Sequence record: NC_041878.1
DNA: 64,000 bases
Direction: 5' to 3' (one strand)
The position numbers were made by a program, and so were the translations under genes. Below the pieces are notes generated by a model. It was not told where the DNA came from and did no database searches. It was given only the letters and a program-made list of their open reading frames with translations. This document shows positions 56,123-64,000 of the stretch, piece after piece; within the stretch, counting starts at the first letter, position 1; each line of letters starts with the position of its first letter.

Positions 56123-56641
56123 ATGTTGTATTGTCAACCAAATGATTTTTATTCTGATATGCGTTATGTGTCAGATAATAATAGTACTTTTATAAAGAAG
56201 TTAGATGTATCTGAATACAAAGTACCAGATGATATTGACAACATAGACCCAATACCGTATTTGATAAAGATGGTTTTTAATGAACCACGAACTTCAGAAA
56301 CGAATCGAATTTTTGCATTAAGAACATTCGGTACATATAACTCTCTTAAAGTCAAAGAGACTGACCGAATAATGCAAGTATACTTTGCCACTGTAAGTAA
56401 TGGTTGTTTGCATATATCCAATCCAAGTGTTTCGAATATAATATTTGAAGATGGGGTGATGTATTATACAACCACTGATGAATATGCAGATGAGTACTGG
56501 TTTACTTTAAAAGATATTGCGGAAGATGCATATAAAAATCCATATTCTATGTATGCTTACGTAACATTGAATGAGAATATATTTAAACCAGATAATTTAA
56601 TGGCAAAGATACCTTTTAATTTATTACAGCATTTGGTATAA
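56123..56641 (+). CDS. hypothetical protein
   Basis: SD GAGGA. Confidence 0.75.
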   Translation: MLYCQPNDFYSDMRYVSDNNSTFIKKLDVSEYKVPDDIDNIDPIPYLIKMVFNEPRTSETNRIFALRTFGTYNSLKVKETDRIMQVYFATVSNGCLHISNPSVSNIIFEDGVMYYTTTDEYADEYWFTLKDIAEDAYKNPYSMYAYVTLNENIFKPDNLMAKIPFNLLQHLV

Positions 56642-56653
56642 ACCAAAATAACC

Positions 56654-56701
56654 GAAAGCGTTGTAGCTTTCATAAAACTTAATACTAAGGGAGTCTTAGA
56701 T
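56654..56701 (+). promoter_or_regulatory. structured 5' leader of nadV
   Basis: GAAAG-CGTTGTAG-CTTTC, A-rich linker, same 18-mer ACTAAGGGAGTCTTAGAT. Confidence 0.6.
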
Positions 56702-58189
56702 ATGAACACTAAATTTAATGATAATGTAAACTTTATTCTCAACGTTGATTCGTACAAAACTGGTCACGGCTTTATGATGAAAGAGGGTGTTGTAGCTCTT
56801 GAATCGAATATCATTGCCCGTAAACCTTCCAAGTACGCAACTCATGTCGTAATGGCTGGTCTTCAGTACTACATTCAGAAGTACTTGGATATTGTCATTA
56901 CCGTTGATGATATTGATGAAGCAGAACTTGAAACAGAACAACGTGGCGATGATTTTGATCGCGGCTTTTGGGAACACATTGTTGAAGTACATGGCGGTAA
57001 AATTCCAGTACATATTCGTGCAGTTCCAGAAGGTACAGTAGTTCCTGTTGGTTGTCCACTAGTACGTTCTTTCAGTACTGATCCTCGTGTTTGCGTAATT
57101 GCAAGTTATATCGAGACTCAGCTACAACGTGCAGTATGGTTCCCAACAACTGTTGCAAGTAATGCTCGTAGCATTAAAGAATTTTTAGCAGATACAATGG
57201 AACGTCATGCAGGACACCGTTTCGTTGATTATCAGCTTCATAACTTCGGGGATCGTGGTGCGTCAAGTTTCGAATCAGCAATTCTGGCTGGTATGTCTCA
57301 CGCAATGGTCTTTAGCGGTTCTGACTGTTTATCTGCGAACCGTTACATTAAACAGTACTTCCACACTACTAAAGCATATTTGAGCAGTGTGACAGCAAGT
57401 GAACATAGTGCAACTTGTTCTAATTCTGATGCGGATCGCCGTGATGATTTCAACATGGCAGTTAAAATGGTTCGTTTGTGGGAGAAGAAAGTTGATAAGT
57501 TCATTGCAAACGGATCAAAAGGTGTTCCACCAATTGTTTCTGTTGTAATTGATACTTATGATGCGTATCGTTTCGTTCGTGAATTTATCGGTACTCGTCT
57601 TAAAGCAACAATTGAAGAAATCGGTAAACGTTGTCCTGGTGCTAAATTAGTTATGCGTCCTGACAGTGGTGATCCAACTACTATGCCAATTGAAATCATT
57701 GAGATTTTAATGGAAAAATTTGGTCACACAGTTAACGAACACGGATATAAAGTACTTCCATCTTATATCGGTGTTATTCAGGGTGATGGTATTAACGAAG
57801 ATAGCATTCGTCAAATCGTAGCTAATCTTGATACTAAAAAGTTCTCTATTGAAAACTTAGCATTTGGTATGGGTGGTAAGCTTGTACATCCAGAGAAAGG
57901 TCGCGATACTTATAGCTTCGCTATGAAAGGTTCTGCACAACAACTGGAAGACGGTACTTGGGAAGATCTGTTCAAAGATCCAATTACTGATGTGGGTAAA
58001 CGTTCTCTCCGTGGACGTGTAACTACTTATGAGTGCACTAATACTCATAAAATTATTGCAGAACGTATTGAACTACAAGAAGTCAATCCATTCTTACGTG
58101 ATATGATGGTTGACGTGTACGTGAATGGTGAGATTATGAATCTCAGCAACTTCGATGAAGTACGTGAACGTGCAAACAAAGGTTTATAA
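56702..58189 (+). CDS. nadV: nicotinamide phosphoribosyltransferase
   Basis: DSYK, HNFGDRG, SEHS, DTYD, RPDSGDP, QGDGI, FGMGG, FAMK. Confidence 0.95.
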   Translation: MNTKFNDNVNFILNVDSYKTGHGFMMKEGVVALESNIIARKPSKYATHVVMAGLQYYIQKYLDIVITVDDIDEAELETEQRGDDFDRGFWEHIVEVHGGKIPVHIRAVPEGTVVPVGCPLVRSFSTDPRVCVIASYIETQLQRAVWFPTTVASNARSIKEFLADTMERHAGHRFVDYQLHNFGDRGASSFESAILAGMSHAMVFSGSDCLSANRYIKQYFHTTKAYLSSVTASEHSATCSNSDADRRDDFNMAVKMVRLWEKKVDKFIANGSKGVPPIVSVVIDTYDAYRFVREFIGTRLKATIEEIGKRCPGAKLVMRPDSGDPTTMPIEIIEILMEKFGHTVNEHGYKVLPSYIGVIQGDGINEDSIRQIVANLDTKKFSIENLAFGMGGKLVHPEKGRDTYSFAMKGSAQQLEDGTWEDLFKDPITDVGKRSLRGRVTTYECTNTHKIIAERIELQEVNPFLRDMMVDVYVNGEIMNLSNFDEVRERANKGL

Positions 58190-58231
58190 TTTTTAGGGGG
58201 CTACATGCCCCCTTCTTTTTAAGGTAGCGAA

Positions 58232-58453
58232 ATGTTAGAAGTAATGAAAGATGTTGCATTGAGCATTGCTGTAATAGGCTTTGGATTAGCAGTACTCTTA
58301 CCTGGTGTAATTAATGTATTTCAAATAGCTGGAGTTAATTCATATTATGAACGAAACATCTTCATTAATATTGGTTGGCTATTAATCGTTTCTATAACAA
58401 CAATTTTATATGCATTTTATTATGTAATTTCATTTTATTTTATTTGGTGGTAA
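58232..58453 (+). CDS. membrane protein
   Basis: Two TM. Confidence 0.7.
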   Translation: MLEVMKDVALSIAVIGFGLAVLLPGVINVFQIAGVNSYYERNIFINIGWLLIVSITTILYAFYYVISFYFIWW

Positions 58454-58454
58454 T

Positions 58455-59402
58455 ATGGGTTCATTTAACACATCTTGTGCAATTTCGCAACTTCCTATTG
58501 GAATGGGTGATGAAGTAAAACTATTCTTTATTGTTGCACATCCAGCAGTAGATCGAAATCATTTATTTCCAAATCATTATTACGACATGGTAGGTCTACC
58601 GTTGGATGTTGTTTATGATGATTATGGAAAATACGAATTAGTTGATAATGAGCGTAATAAATCAATTTGGGAAACTCATTCACGTTATTTCAAAGAAGCA
58701 CTGGTTTCTGTTCCAGCAGGAAAACGAAGCCGTGAAGAAGAAGTTGACCCAAATAATATCACATTTGAATCTATTCAGGAACATATTTGGGAAGGTCGTG
58801 CACGTGTAAAATATAAGTTCTTTGATATGCCTGAACAAGAACTTGCACTAGCAGTTTATCCAATTCATGCAGAATTGTATAATGAGTTCAGTAAAAGTTA
58901 CAAGTACTGGAATGGTGAAATCAATCTGGAAGAAAAACTTCAAGCATTAGAAAGCCACCCACATTATCCTTATTATGTTGACCATGTTAATTTCATGGCA
59001 AATTACGATGAAGATAAATTGGAAACTGTTGGTGAAGGTGAAGAAGAAGACTTGTCTGAAGAAGCAAAAATTCATTTGTGGGTTCATTCTGATATTACTC
59101 TTTACAATGCATTAACAGAATTTCGTCAAATTCCGATCATTTATCAAGATATTGGACTTCATTTTAATGCAAATAGTGTTATGAAAACTGTTAATTACGA
59201 ACTTGATGAGTATATGACATTTGCTCGTGAGTTTATCAGTTCTCATATCTTTAACTGCTATTTGCACAAATTGAATATTCAGATCACCCCTAGTCTTACT
59301 AGTGGACAAAGTTATTTTTATCGTGACCACATTGCATTTCATGAGAAAATTGCATCAATTGCAAAAAATAAGCTCACCGAATGCGAATACCGAGATGATT
59401 AA
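58455..59402 (+). CDS. hypothetical protein
   Basis: MGSFNTSCAISQLPI..GDEV N-terminus typical of jumbo-phage ORFans. Confidence 0.8.
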   Translation: MGSFNTSCAISQLPIGMGDEVKLFFIVAHPAVDRNHLFPNHYYDMVGLPLDVVYDDYGKYELVDNERNKSIWETHSRYFKEALVSVPAGKRSREEEVDPNNITFESIQEHIWEGRARVKYKFFDMPEQELALAVYPIHAELYNEFSKSYKYWNGEINLEEKLQALESHPHYPYYVDHVNFMANYDEDKLETVGEGEEEDLSEEAKIHLWVHSDITLYNALTEFRQIPIIYQDIGLHFNANSVMKTVNYELDEYMTFAREFISSHIFNCYLHKLNIQITPSLTSGQSYFYRDHIAFHEKIASIAKNKLTECEYRDD

Positions 59403-59404
59403 AT

Positions 59405-59605
59405 ATGATGAAACTAATACTGGTTCTAACCATCATTGCGTATATTGTTATAGGATTTCTTACCTTCTGTGAATACAAAAAGAAGTTCATGCTTGAAAAG
59501 AAATTCTCTACTAAGAAAACTATCTATATAGTTGTTCACGGTTTTTTGTATATAGTAATTGGGTTATTCATTACAGTACTAGGATACTTAATTTTAACCA
59601 TGTGA
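59405..59605 (+). CDS. membrane protein
   Basis: Two TM. Confidence 0.7.
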   Translation: MMKLILVLTIIAYIVIGFLTFCEYKKKFMLEKKFSTKKTIYIVVHGFLYIVIGLFITVLGYLILTM

Positions 59606-59614
59606 GGATAACAA

Positions 59615-60061
59615 ATGGCTGGCAAAGGATTCGTCGGCCTTTCTCTGGATAAGGATCAGGGAAAGGAAATACAAAAGATTTTTAAATTAGCGGGTATAGA
59701 CTGCTTGACACCATCGAAATTTCATGTTACAGTTATGTACGATGAAAGTGAGCCTGAAATAGAACTACTTTCTAATGATAAGACGTATAAAGCGAAAATC
59801 ACTGGAGTAGAGCGTTTAGGTAAACCAGGTGGAGAGTGGGAAGCAATTGCTCTATTACTTGATTCACCAGAAATTGAAAAACGACATAAAGAATTACAAA
59901 ACGCAGGATTCAAACATAAGCATCCTAGTTTTAAATGTCATATGAGCATCGTGTATAAACCTAAAGATACAGATGAAGATTTGATTAACTTAATTTACAA
60001 TTTGGGAGTTCTACCCGAAGAATTAATCTTCGGTGATGAACATTTGGGAAAAACAGTTTAA
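59615..60061 (+). CDS. acb1: anti-CBASS 2H phosphoesterase (T4 gp57B/Acb1-like)
   Basis: Two HxT/S motifs, KFHVTVMY and HMSIVY; LLLDSPEIEKRH..L..AG..H. Confidence 0.85.
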   Translation: MAGKGFVGLSLDKDQGKEIQKIFKLAGIDCLTPSKFHVTVMYDESEPEIELLSNDKTYKAKITGVERLGKPGGEWEAIALLLDSPEIEKRHKELQNAGFKHKHPSFKCHMSIVYKPKDTDEDLINLIYNLGVLPEELIFGDEHLGKTV

Positions 60062-60072
60062 AGAGTAATATC

Positions 60073-60315
60073 ATGAAACGTGATGATGAAACTGAAGAAG
60101 AATATGAAGAACGCAAACGATTAGCAAGGGAACACGCACGTAAACTTAAAACTGGTGAATGGATAGATGAACATCCAGCATCAGATAAAATAGTACTGTG
60201 TGTTCGCTGTTTATCAACATATCATATTCGTAAAGCTCCACGAGTAATGAACGATAAAGTTGATATTAAAGAACCTGTATGTCCTAATTGTAAATGTAAA
60301 ATATACTATTCTTAA
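60073..60315 (+). CDS. small Zn-finger protein
   Basis: CVRC..CPNC. Confidence 0.7.
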   Translation: MKRDDETEEEYEERKRLAREHARKLKTGEWIDEHPASDKIVLCVRCLSTYHIRKAPRVMNDKVDIKEPVCPNCKCKIYYS

Positions 60316-60327
60316 CGGGAAATTTGA

Positions 60328-61119
60328 ATGAACCTCAATGGATTTTTAGCTAATAATGGAGTACCACGTCTAATTTTTTGTACTGGTGCTGGACTATCAA
60401 AAGAATCAGGTATTCAGACTTTCCGCGATGCCGAAGGTGAAGGGTTATGGGATAACGTAAGTGTTGATGAAGTTTGTAATATTGCAACCTTCCATATCAA
60501 TTACGATAAAGTACATAACTTCTATAACGCAATGCGTAAAGGTTTACTGAATTATCAACCGAACGCTGCACATCATTTTATTGCAGAAATGCAACGAAAG
60601 TTTGGTCATGACCGTGTTATGCATATTACTGCTAACGTTGATGATCTAAGTGAACGTGCTGGCGGTACTGCGATGCATGTACACGGTTTCCTGAAAGAAG
60701 TAGTTGAACCGTACAGTACTAACACCAATGACTATAATGTTCTTGATGTTGGGTATACAGAATTTGTTCCAACACCAGGGATAATTTCTAAACCAAATAT
60801 TGTTATGTTTGGTGAAGGTTTCTGGTTCACAAATGGTGTACGTAAAAACATTTACGATGACCTTTATAAAGTACTAGATAATGTGAATTCACGAGATACG
60901 ATTATTGTAATCGGTTCTTCTGATACTGTTATTCCGTGGTCTATCTATGCTGGGGTTGCTACTCCTGCTGAAGTACTTAATGTGAATCCAGAAGCACATA
61001 AAAATGATGATTTCTTCACGTATAATTTATACGAACCAATTACTGAAGCTTTAGATGTTATCGAAGAATATGTAACTAAACGTATGGATTATGAAGATTT
61101 CACTGGTCAAGAATATTAA
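60328..61119 (+). CDS. Sir2/CobB-family sirtuin
   Basis: TGAGLSKESGIQTFRD, PNAAH, TANVDDL.ERAG, HVHG, KPNIVMFGE, IGSS. Confidence 0.9.
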   Translation: MNLNGFLANNGVPRLIFCTGAGLSKESGIQTFRDAEGEGLWDNVSVDEVCNIATFHINYDKVHNFYNAMRKGLLNYQPNAAHHFIAEMQRKFGHDRVMHITANVDDLSERAGGTAMHVHGFLKEVVEPYSTNTNDYNVLDVGYTEFVPTPGIISKPNIVMFGEGFWFTNGVRKNIYDDLYKVLDNVNSRDTIIVIGSSDTVIPWSIYAGVATPAEVLNVNPEAHKNDDFFTYNLYEPITEALDVIEEYVTKRMDYEDFTGQEY

Positions 61120-61128
61120 GGATTTGTT

Positions 61129-62034
61129 GTGAATATGTATCAAGAAATTCCATTCGGTACACGGTCTGAACGTTATGATTGTGTATTCGTATGGATTTAT
61201 GCAAAGAACTGTACTCCGTACTCAAATTATCCGTACAATGATATTCCTAATGTAAGTTTAGTACTGTCAGAATTACGTTTTGATGGGTTACTAGGTGCAG
61301 TAGGTGGGATGGTAGAACATGATGATCCAAATCTTGAAGTTGCTGTTTACCGTGAAGCCAAAGAAGAAATCGATTATGATTTACCAATCGACCGTCTGGA
61401 ACCACTGGTAAGTTATAAGAATACAGTTGTTGGTTCACACAACCATGCATTTTCACTTGAAGTATCTTACGAAGAACTGTTAGAGATTCGTAATAACGCA
61501 CATAATGGTGCACATTTCAGTGCTGAGAATGCTGGTGTTAACCTTTTACATACTTGTCGTTATTTGAAAGGTAACAAAGTAGAGTGTGGATGGAACACAC
61601 TATTAGAACAACGCTTTGTCGGCACTGCAAAAATGGAACTGATGAAACTTGTTCATGCTAAAAATCTGTTGATTGATTATGTTGACGATGGAAAAACTGA
61701 AGCATCATACAAAATGTTCTTAGATGATTTGCGTGATGTTAATCAGTACTATCCAAATGAAGAATTCATTGTTTGCCGTACTTATCAAGAAGCAGTTGAT
61801 TATGTCAAAGAACATGGGATTCCTTCATTCGTATCATTCGACCACGATTTAGGCGATACTGAAAACGAAAATGAAGAAACTGGATATACATTTGCTAAGT
61901 TCTTAGTGGACTATATGATGGATAATCAAATTGCTAAGCCATTTGAATATCACGTTCATAGTGCAAATCCGGTGGGTGCAATGAACATCATTGCTTATTT
62001 GGACAACGCATTTAAATTTATTCGGAGTTTGTAA
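61129..62034 (+). CDS. NUDT16-like Nudix hydrolase fused to cyclic-phosphate-processing receiver domain
   Basis: RFDGLLGAVGG..REAKEE; C-terminal FLDDLR..SFDHDLG..TGY..HSANPVG. Confidence 0.75.
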   Translation: MNMYQEIPFGTRSERYDCVFVWIYAKNCTPYSNYPYNDIPNVSLVLSELRFDGLLGAVGGMVEHDDPNLEVAVYREAKEEIDYDLPIDRLEPLVSYKNTVVGSHNHAFSLEVSYEELLEIRNNAHNGAHFSAENAGVNLLHTCRYLKGNKVECGWNTLLEQRFVGTAKMELMKLVHAKNLLIDYVDDGKTEASYKMFLDDLRDVNQYYPNEEFIVCRTYQEAVDYVKEHGIPSFVSFDHDLGDTENENEETGYTFAKFLVDYMMDNQIAKPFEYHVHSANPVGAMNIIAYLDNAFKFIRSL

Positions 62035-62336
62035 TGAAAGGTTTTGTTGTTTCGGTTATTCTTGCTGCTGCTTTTACTTGGGGAATTACTGCAATTATTG
62101 GTTCAGTAAAGAGTACTGAGCATCAGAACGTTTATTATAATGTCGGACGAGTTGTATCGTTAGGTCAATGCAAAGATGGTACTTGTTCATATGGATATAC
62201 AGATATGAACAATGAATTAAAATATGCAACTCTTAGTAGGCCAGTTAGCTTAGGCCAATTGGTCTATCAAGAGTGCTGGTACGAAGAAGCACAAGGGAAC
62301 CAGTGCTACGTAGATTATACTCCCAGCAAAAACTAG
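62034..62336 (+). CDS. exported or membrane-anchored protein
   Basis: N-terminal hydrophobic helix; Cys pairs. Confidence 0.7.
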   Translation: MKGFVVSVILAAAFTWGITAIIGSVKSTEHQNVYYNVGRVVSLGQCKDGTCSYGYTDMNNELKYATLSRPVSLGQLVYQECWYEEAQGNQCYVDYTPSKN

Positions 62337-62400
62337 CAGTATTGCGGAGCATTAAATACTGTTAGGAAAACAAACGTGTTATACACACAAACAAAAAAGG

Positions 62401-63846
62401 ATGTTTATGAAAAAATATGTTCTTGACACAAACGTGATTCTTGGTGATCCTAATGCAGTCCTAGCATTTGAAGGAGCACATGTAATTCTTCCGTTTAAAG
62501 TACTTGAAGAATTAGATTCCATAAAGAGTCGCAAAGTTGACATTAGTAGAGATGCACGTGTTGCTATTCGCAATATTAGTACAATTCTAGAGAATGCAAC
62601 TCACGAAGAAATTTCTACTACTGGTGTTGAAATTTCAAAAACCCATCCACACATCAAAGGTGATACTCGTCTTTTTGTTCTAACTATTGAAGAACTAACA
62701 GCAATTCATCATTTGGCAAATCCAGATCTTGGTGCACCAATTGTTGATGCTAAACTAGAAACTTTAATGAAAAGTACTGTACCGGATGATGAAATCATTC
62801 TAGTTGCAAAACTATCTCAGTCAGTACTCGTAACTCGTGATATTAATATGCGTATTAAAGCACTAGCATATGGTGTTGAAGTACAAGATTACCGTCATGA
62901 TATTACTATTGAAGATTCAGATTTGATTCATACTGGTCATCATCCAATTGAGGGTGATTTTTGGGAACACGCTGGAGACACTGTATATTCCAACCAGGAA
63001 GGTCAAAAACTAATTCAAATGATTCCTGAAGAAGTAATTAAACCATTCTTACCAGAAAATCTATGCATCGGTGATTATATCTATGATGAAGCAGATGGTC
63101 TGTTTGTGTTTGAAGGTTATATTTCACTTCTTGATGCTGATGATGACCGTGATTATTTGGGCTTCAGTGACGTAGGTCAGTCTAAAGCACTATCACGTAA
63201 AGTATGGGATATTAAAGCCAAGAACATTCAACAAGCGATGGCAATTAATAGTATCATGGACAAAGACGTACACATTACAGTACTTCTAGGTTCAGCAGGT
63301 ACAGGTAAAACTCTAATTACCGTTGCTACAGCACTTGAGCTAGTACTAGAGAAAAGAAAATATGATCGTATTATCTTCTCTAAAACTCAAGACTCACAAT
63401 TCGAAGAAATTGGTTTCTTACCAGGTTCTGAAATGGAAAAAGTAATGCCATTCTGTGGTGCTGCAATTGATGCCCTAGAATATCTACACAAAGATGATGC
63501 TAACCCACAAGGTTCAATTGAAGAAATTATGAAACGTAACATCTTCCAATTTAAAGCATTGAACTTTGTTCGTGGTCGTAGTTTCATTAACACAATTCTA
63601 ATTGTTGATGAATTCCAAAACATTACTCCTGCACAGGCGAAGACAATTCTAACTCGTGCTGGTGAGAACTGTAAAGTTATTATTATGGGTAACTTATCTC
63701 AGATCGATAACAAGTTCATCAGTCCAACCAACTCAGGTTTGACTTATGTTACTGAGAAGTTTAAAGATTGGGAAGGTTGCCGCATTATTGAACTAGAAGG
63801 TGTTGTTCGTTCACCACTAGCTGCATTCGCAGAAGAAAATCTATAA
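62401..63846 (+). CDS. phoH: PIN-PhoH family protein
   Basis: PIN: VLDTNV, DDEII, TRDINMRIKA; PhoH: GSAGTGKT, RGRS, DEFQN, GNLSQID, VRSPLA. Confidence 0.93.
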   Translation: MFMKKYVLDTNVILGDPNAVLAFEGAHVILPFKVLEELDSIKSRKVDISRDARVAIRNISTILENATHEEISTTGVEISKTHPHIKGDTRLFVLTIEELTAIHHLANPDLGAPIVDAKLETLMKSTVPDDEIILVAKLSQSVLVTRDINMRIKALAYGVEVQDYRHDITIEDSDLIHTGHHPIEGDFWEHAGDTVYSNQEGQKLIQMIPEEVIKPFLPENLCIGDYIYDEADGLFVFEGYISLLDADDDRDYLGFSDVGQSKALSRKVWDIKAKNIQQAMAINSIMDKDVHITVLLGSAGTGKTLITVATALELVLEKRKYDRIIFSKTQDSQFEEIGFLPGSEMEKVMPFCGAAIDALEYLHKDDANPQGSIEEIMKRNIFQFKALNFVRGRSFINTILIVDEFQNITPAQAKTILTRAGENCKVIIMGNLSQIDNKFISPTNSGLTYVTEKFKDWEGCRIIELEGVVRSPLAAFAEENL

Positions 63847-63854
63847 CAAACTTT

Positions 63855-63881
63855 TGGGGATACTTAGGTATCCCCTTTTTA
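63855..63881 (+). terminator. intrinsic terminator
   Basis: GGGGATAC-TTAG-GTATCCCC-TTTTT. Confidence 0.85.
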
Positions 63882-63893
63882 ATTGGATAATGT

Positions 63894-64000
63894 ATGAAAA
63901 TTTCATTCCATATTGAAGCTGACCCACAAGTAGGTGATGGTGAAGCAATCTTTTATAAACTGATTAAAGTACGCCAGTACTGGATTTTTAAATTCAAGAC
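63894..64000 (+). CDS. partial CDS running off window
   Basis: ATG after GGA; open to window end. Confidence 0.6.
   Translation, partial: MKISFHIEADPQVGDGEAIFYKLIKVRQYWIFKFK

Noticed and set aside
56702-58189. NARP1 (Adps + Namat)
   Set aside because: No PRPP-synthetase homolog in the window; the partner is NMNAT-Nudix, matching the KVP40/NARP2 route.
1-64000. tRNA or rRNA genes
   Set aside because: No GTTCRA T-loop within a valid cloverleaf noticed by eye; tRNAscan-SE not run.

Overview
AT-rich segment of a lytic jumbo myovirus of Enterobacterales. Gene content (RnlA, PseT, DNA ligase, ClpP, dCMP deaminase, NatV/NadV, Acb1, sirtuin, PIN-PhoH, SPFH) and layout fit the RaK2/GAP32/CBB/PBECO4-like group; this is recognition from memory, not a search result. 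Nearly all genes are on the + strand. Bases 1 to ~22.3 kb form an early, host-takeover-like module and possibly a long terminal repeat: a 1.8 kb ORF-poor end with structured RNAs, then ~45 small genes, most behind their own sigma70 promoter. Bases ~22.5-33.5 kb hold tandem paralog arrays, an HNH endonuclease and a ~650 nt structured non-coding stretch. Bases 33.5-64 kb hold nucleic-acid repair, metabolism and anti-defence genes. No tRNA, rRNA, CRISPR array, integrase or transposase was seen. Main unexplained signals: (1) a 12-copy, promoter-driven two-hairpin element (hairpin + RCCCAYNGGGTGC) with covarying stems, three times as convergent pairs; (2) strong enrichment of AGTACT in all reading frames, paired 20-22 bp apart in early promoters, alongside an H-NS-like protein, an RHH protein and an adenine MTase as candidate readers/writers; (3) parallel riboswitch-like 5' leaders on both NAD+ salvage genes; (4) several candidate ncRNAs. 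Counts and alignments were done by eye, and RNA structures are unfolded-by-hand predictions.
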